From positions 1 to 64,000 of the forward strand of contig JBBRAE010000001.1 in assembly GCA_038207085.1 (NCBI GenBank): a stretch of DNA of 64,000 nucleotides, written 5' to 3'. Positions within the stretch are counted from its first letter, which is position 1, and the number at the start of each line of letters is the position of its first letter. Both the position numbers and the translations under genes were made by a program. Source of the DNA: Armatimonadota bacterium. Lineage in GTDB: Bacteria; Armatimonadota; UBA5829; DTLH01. Shown one piece after another: positions 59,220 through 64,000 of this stretch. The notes beneath the pieces are model-generated. The model did no database searches, was not told where the DNA came from, and worked only from the letters and a program-made list of their open reading frames with translations.

Positions 59220-60425
59220 CTAACCGGCCACTATTTCAGCGGTCTCGCGAGCGATCATTCTCTCTTCGTTGGTCGGAATGACCATAACGCGAGCCGGTGA
59301 ATCCTCAGTGCTAATATCGGACTCTCCACGGGCAGCTTCGTTCTTTTCAGGGTCGATGTTCAGACCCATAAAGCCCAGCCCAGTAGTCGACAGACGTCGC
59401 ATGATCGGGCCATTCTCCCCGATACCGCCGGTGAATACCAGAGCATCGAGGCCGTTCATGGCAGCCGCATACGCGCCTATATATTTTCTTACACGATAGC
59501 AGAAAATCTCAATCGCGAGATTCGCTCTCTCATCGCCTTTGGCCTGAAGGTCTTCGAGATCGCGCATATCACTTGATTTCCCAGTGATTCCAAGAAGTCC
59601 GCTCTGCTTGTTGATCAGGTTATCGACCTGATCGGCAGACATCCCGAGCTGTCGCTGCACATACATCAGAATAGCGGGGTCGAGGTCACCTGACCGGGTG
59701 CCCATGACAAGTCCTTCAGCCGGAGTAAGCCCCATACTTGTGTCGATGACCTTGCCGCCGACTATTGCAGTGATGCTGCATCCATTGCCGAGGTGGCATG
59801 TGATAAGCTTAAGCTTTGCCGGGTCGACGCCACGGTCAGCCATAATCTTTGACGCTCTACCACTGACGTACCTGTGCGATGTCCCGTGGAACCCGTAGCG
59901 CCTGATGCCAAAATCGGTATACAGGTTATAGGGCAGGGCATATATATACGCGTGCGGCGGGATCGTCGAGTGAAACGCCGTATCAAAGACCGCGACCTGC
60001 GGCACACCGGGCATAAGCCTGCGGCACGCCCGAATACCCATAATGTTAGGCGGGTTGTGAAGCGGCGCAAGCTGGCTGACCTTGTCGATCTCAGCGAGGT
60101 TCGCGTCGTCGATCAGAACCGACTTGGAGAACTTCTCACCGCCGTGAACCACCCTGTGGCCTACCGCCGATATCTCGGAGATGCTCGCAATCGCGCCCTT
60201 CTCGGGGTCGGTCAGCATCTTGAACACAAGGTCCATCGCAACGTCGTGATCAGGAATCTCGATCTCGATCACAGTCTTGCCGCACTTGCCGGACTCGCAT
60301 TTCAACTTGCCCATATCCAAGCCAATGCGCTCGAGCATTCCCTTTGCGATAACTTCTTCGGTTTCCGACTCAAAGAGCTGATACTTAAGTGACGAACTTC
60401 CGCTATTTAGAACCAGAATCTTCAT
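59220..60425 (-). CDS. ackA: Acetate kinase
   Basis: NSGSSSLK, GHRVVHGG, YGFHGTSH, PTNEE. Confidence 0.98.
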   Translation of the reverse strand: MKILVLNSGSSSLKYQLFESETEEVIAKGMLERIGLDMGKLKCESGKCGKTVIEIEIPDHDVAMDLVFKMLTDPEKGAIASISEISAVGHRVVHGGEKFSKSVLIDDANLAEIDKVSQLAPLHNPPNIMGIRACRRLMPGVPQVAVFDTAFHSTIPPHAYIYALPYNLYTDFGIRRYGFHGTSHRYVSGRASKIMADRGVDPAKLKLITCHLGNGCSITAIVGGKVIDTSMGLTPAEGLVMGTRSGDLDPAILMYVQRQLGMSADQVDNLINKQSGLLGITGKSSDMRDLEDLQAKGDERANLAIEIFCYRVRKYIGAYAAAMNGLDALVFTGGIGENGPIMRRLSTTGLGFMGLNIDPEKNEAARGESDISTEDSPARVMVIPTNEERMIARETAEIVAG

Positions 60426-60440
60426 GTGACTCTTCCCGCT

Positions 60441-61439
60441 CTACCTTTCGATTGCCTGAACAGCCGTAATAGCTGCAACGTTTACGATGTCGTTGTAGTC
60501 GCATCCGCGAGAAAGGTCGTTGACCGGCTTGCGGAGCCCCTGAAGCACAGGGCCGTAGGCGTCAGCTTTCGCGAGCCTTTCGGTGAGCTTATATGCGATG
60601 TTTCCGGCGTTCAGATCAGGGAAGATAAGCACGTTTGCCTTACCGGCGACACTGCTCCCCGGAGCCTTGCGCTCGCCAATCCAGTCGACGAGTGCGGAGT
60701 CAGCCTGAAGCTCTCCATCGATGTTAATCTCCGGAGCCTTGGCTTTGGCTATATTGGTCGCCTCGATGACCTTGTCGATAATCGGGTCGGAGGCGCTTCC
60801 CTTGGTCGAAAGCGAAAGCATTGCGACGCGCGGCTCGTAGTCAAAGAGCTGTCGCATCGTCTTTGCGCTCGATATCGCGATCTCGGCGAGCTCGCTTGCG
60901 TTCGGGTTGATAACCAGACCGCAGTCTGCGTAGATAAACAGACCGTTCTCGCCATACTCGCAGTCAGGGACGATCATAACGAAGAAACTCGATACGATCG
61001 AAACCCCCTGCGCGCATTTCAGTACCTGGAGTGCAGGTCGGACGGTGTCGGCTGTTGAATGGATCGCTCCGGAGACCTGGCCATCGGCCTCTCCGGTGTA
61101 GACCATCATAACGCCGTGGTACATCGGGTCCTGAACTATCTCGCGCGCCTTCTCAGGGGTCATCCCCTTTGATTTGCGCAGTTCATAGAACATGTTAGCA
61201 TATTCGTCGAGCTTCGCCGACTTGGTAGGGTCGACGACTGTGACCCGCGAGAGGTCGGCTCCGGCTTCGGCCACGGCTTTAGCTATTTCTTCTTCTCTGC
61301 CCAGTACTACGACCTTCGCCAGGCCATGCGCGGCTATTTCCTGTGCGGCCTTAACGGTGCGCGGGTCCTTGCCTTCCGGCAGGGTGATTGTCTTCTGCGC
61401 CGCGCGCGCTTTGGCGAAGATTCCGTCCATGATTTTCAT
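60441..61439 (-). CDS. pta: Phosphate acetyltransferase
   Basis: LPEG, DGELQAD, GNIAYK, NDLSRG. Confidence 0.97.
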   Translation of the reverse strand: MKIMDGIFAKARAAQKTITLPEGKDPRTVKAAQEIAAHGLAKVVVLGREEEIAKAVAEAGADLSRVTVVDPTKSAKLDEYANMFYELRKSKGMTPEKAREIVQDPMYHGVMMVYTGEADGQVSGAIHSTADTVRPALQVLKCAQGVSIVSSFFVMIVPDCEYGENGLFIYADCGLVINPNASELAEIAISSAKTMRQLFDYEPRVAMLSLSTKGSASDPIIDKVIEATNIAKAKAPEINIDGELQADSALVDWIGERKAPGSSVAGKANVLIFPDLNAGNIAYKLTERLAKADAYGPVLQGLRKPVNDLSRGCDYNDIVNVAAITAVQAIER

Positions 61440-61483
61440 TCGATCAGTGCACTCCTGAAATTTCTTGGTCGGCGAGGGATGGG

Positions 61484-62083
61484 CTAGCGCCGTCCCATCT
61501 CGCGTCCGGCCGGAATAATTGGCTCATCCTCCGGCTTGGTATACTTGATACGCTGATCAAGCTTTTCACGACCGCGCTGAATAGTCCCCATCAGCTTTGC
61601 CGTAAAGTTCTCAAGATTTGCAAGCACTTCCTTGGCGTATTCGTCAGAGCCGCGCCGGGTCTCTCTTGCAGAGGCTTCGGCAGCGGAGACGATGTCGCGT
61701 GCCTGGCTTGTCGCAAGCCTGTTGATCTCGCTTGCATCCACAAGTCGCAATGTCTGGACCTTGGCTTCTTCCAACATGCGTCCGGCTTCCTCGCGGGCAT
61801 GCTCGACCATGATCTTGGCCTCTTCGCGCGCTGCGGCGACGATTCTGTCGCTGTCGCCAGCGAGCCTGGTCGCGGTCCTTACCTCATCGGGTAGAGACGC
61901 GCGAATCTTGTTTATGAGCATGTGGAACTCTTCGATCCGCACTCCATAAGCGCGGTCCCAAAGCTCGAACATGCGATTATCTATACAATCTTCAAGCTTG
62001 TCCAGGAGCTTGAGAATATCAACCTCCGGTCCTCGCGACTGAAGGAATGGGTATTTCGGTATTGCAGTCTGTTCATCACTCAT
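61484..62083 (-). CDS. Coiled-coil protein typical of the coaD neighbourhood (SepIVA/ATP synthase b-like)
   Basis: LP.EV..A..., alanine-rich heptads, DEYA..VL, GRE.L. Confidence 0.75.
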   Translation of the reverse strand: MSDEQTAIPKYPFLQSRGPEVDILKLLDKLEDCIDNRMFELWDRAYGVRIEEFHMLINKIRASLPDEVRTATRLAGDSDRIVAAAREEAKIMVEHAREEAGRMLEEAKVQTLRLVDASEINRLATSQARDIVSAAEASARETRRGSDEYAKEVLANLENFTAKLMGTIQRGREKLDQRIKYTKPEDEPIIPAGREMGRR

Positions 62084-62583
62084 TTGTTTTTGACCTCCTG
62101 CCTTTGACTTAGCTTTTCTCCCAACTTCCGTGCTACGTTTTCCGGGACAAGTCCCGTAACTGCGCCTCCGAGCCTCGCTATTTGTTTGACAAGGCTCGAA
62201 CTAAGATACGAATACTCGGCGCCTGTTGCCATGAAAACTGTTTCGACTTCGGGTGCCAGATTTCTGTTCATAAGCGCCATTTGAAACTCATACTCAAAAT
62301 CTGATACGGCTCTAAGGCCCTTTACCATCACCCGTGCCCCTATTTCACGCGCATAGTCGACAAGCAGCGTTTCGCCGAAGCTCTCTATTCGCACATTCGG
62401 CACATGCTTTGTCGCCTCCCGAAGCATTTCGATTCGCTCCTCGACGGTGAACATCGGGGACTCCTTCGCCGGGTTAGGCGCAACGGCCACTACGACCTCA
62501 CCAAACACCCGCGCGGCCCGCTCAATAACGTCTATATGTCCACTGGTGACGGGATCAAAGCTCCCGGGATAAAGCGCAATCAT
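62080..62583 (-). CDS. coaD: Phosphopantetheine adenylyltransferase
   Basis: [27 protein letters not shown]. Confidence 0.97.
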   Translation of the reverse strand: MIALYPGSFDPVTSGHIDVIERAARVFGEVVVAVAPNPAKESPMFTVEERIEMLREATKHVPNVRIESFGETLLVDYAREIGARVMVKGLRAVSDFEYEFQMALMNRNLAPEVETVFMATGAEYSYLSSSLVKQIARLGGAVTGLVPENVARKLGEKLSQRQEVKNK

Positions 62584-62588
62584 CTAAT

Positions 62589-62660
62589 AAGTGTAAAGTG
62601 TAATGCTCAAAGTGTAAAGTGGCCCATGAAACATGCCTCTACACTTGCCGTCCTACACAG
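62589..62660. repeat. Heptamer-repeat inverted element between recG and coaD
   Basis: AAGTGTA x3...TACACTT/TACACAG at 7-nt period. Confidence 0.55.
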
Positions 62661-62666
62661 TCTCCT

Positions 62667-64000
62667 TTAGCTCACTGCGGCGAGCTGGAATCCTTCGAAT
62701 TTCTTGATCATCTCAGCGCGCAGGTCTCTTAACTCCGGCGCGCGCAGGTTCGGGTCTCGCTCGATCGTAAGAAACGCCTCTTTACGAGCGATCTCAAGTA
62801 TTGGGATGTCTTTGAAGATATCCGTAACCTTGAGTGCGGGCATCCCGCTCTGCCTGGTTCCGTAGAACTCACCCGGACCCCTGATTTTCAAATCTTCTTC
62901 GGCGATGGTGAACCCATCGTTGGTCTGGGTCATCACCCCAAGCCTGAGCGCCGCGTCCGCAGTCCCACCGTCGCCTACGAGCACGCAGTATGATTGCTCA
63001 GTGCCTCGTCCGACTCTTCCCCGAAGCTGATGAAGCTGGGCAAGCCCGAACCTTTGCGCGTCCTCGATCACCATAACGCCGGCATTCGGAACGTCGACTC
63101 CGACCTCGATCACCGTTGTCGCGACAAGCACATCGATCTCGCGCTCGCGAAACGCCTTCATAGCAGCGTCCTTTTCGGACGTTTTCATCTGACCGTGAAG
63201 CAGGCCAACTTTTAGATCAGCGAACACGTCACCCGCCAGATGCTCGTAAAGCTCCGTAGCCGCTCGCGCCTGCATCTTGTCCGATTCCTCAACAAGCGGG
63301 CAGACCACATAAGCCTGCTGGCCCTGCTCGACAAGCTTTCGAACTCCGTCATAGACGCGCTCGCGTTCATCGCTGCTCTTCCAATGCGTCTTGATCGGCT
63401 TTCGTCCGGGCGGAAGCTCGTCAATAATCGAAATCTCAAGGTCACCGTAGACCGTCAGCGTAAGCGTCCGCGGAATGGGCGTCGCAGTCATAACGAGCAC
63501 GTCGGGACTGAGTCCCTTTTCGCGCAAAGCCGCCCGCTGAAGCACACCGAATCGGTGCTGCTCGTCGACTATGACAAGCCCAAGTTGGGCGAACCCGACG
63601 CCTTCCTGTATCACAGCATGCGTTCCAATAACAAGCTTCGACTCACCGGACGCCGCCCGTGCCTGCGCTTCGCGCTTCTCTTTGGCTGTAAGGCTTCCGA
63701 TCAACAGGTCTACTTTTATATCAAGCTTCGCAAGCGACTCTGAAAGCCCCAGATAGTGCTGAGCTGCAAGAATCTCGGTCGGCGCCATGAGAGCCGACTG
63801 ATAGCCATTGGCTGCAGCGATCACAATCGCCGCCATCGCAACGGCGGTCTTTCCCGCGCCGACGTCTCCCTGGAGCAGCCGGTTCATGCAGTCCGGCTTT
63901 GCCATATCTGCGGCGATCTCAGCGATCACTCGCTTTTGCGCGCCCGTAAGCTCAAACGGCAGGTGTCCCTTAAAATCTTCTTCAAAACCTTCAGGTATCT
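62667..64000 (-). CDS. recG: ATP-dependent DNA helicase RecG (C-terminal part; start is outside the window)
   Basis: QGDVGAGKT, DEQHRFG, TATPIPR, QLHQLRGRVGRG. Confidence 0.97.
   Translation of the reverse strand, partial: IPEGFEEDFKGHLPFELTGAQKRVIAEIAADMAKPDCMNRLLQGDVGAGKTAVAMAAIVIAAANGYQSALMAPTEILAAQHYLGLSESLAKLDIKVDLLIGSLTAKEKREAQARAASGESKLVIGTHAVIQEGVGFAQLGLVIVDEQHRFGVLQRAALREKGLSPDVLVMTATPIPRTLTLTVYGDLEISIIDELPPGRKPIKTHWKSSDERERVYDGVRKLVEQGQQAYVVCPLVEESDKMQARAATELYEHLAGDVFADLKVGLLHGQMKTSEKDAAMKAFREREIDVLVATTVIEVGVDVPNAGVMVIEDAQRFGLAQLHQLRGRVGRGTEQSYCVLVGDGGTADAALRLGVMTQTNDGFTIAEEDLKIRGPGEFYGTRQSGMPALKVTDIFKDIPILEIARKEAFLTIERDPNLRAPELRDLRAEMIKKFEGFQLAAVS

Overview
Bacterial core-genome window of moderately high GC. 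Its gene order (recG-coaD...pta-ackA-yceD-rpmF-plsX-fab-rnc) and T-box leaders point to a Terrabacteria lineage; Armatimonadota is my guess and cannot be shown from this window. Housekeeping blocks: gatCAB, a Leu T-box-led ilvD-ilvB-ilvN-orf-ilvC-leuA-leuC-(TA)-leuD-cimA-ispH operon without leuB, a second Val T-box-led ilvB, the fatty-acid/rnc/mtnP-mtnA-apt superoperon, and a feoB operon. Most notable: (1) a partner-switching network (2 PP2C/SpoIIE phosphatases, 4 RsbW-type kinase domains, 2 STAS domains, two unusual fusions) with no sigma factor in the window, one cluster abutting a GGDEF/HD-GYP enzyme; (2) a ~125-nt rod-like, 6S-like RNA candidate starting exactly at a predicted sigma70 start site; (3) an RNase HI ending in a beta-clamp-like motif; (4) a DUF4258/YgiT toxin-antitoxin pair inside leuC-leuD whose toxin has an in-frame amber stop; (5) feoB, an 8-Cys mini-protein and a DtxR-FeoA fusion, with a DtxR-type palindrome over the promoter; (6) several intergenic hairpin and repeat systems, including a 27-bp stem directly upstream of rnc. 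No rRNA, tRNA, CRISPR array, transposase or prophage was seen. All calls come from reading motifs by eye; no database searches were run.
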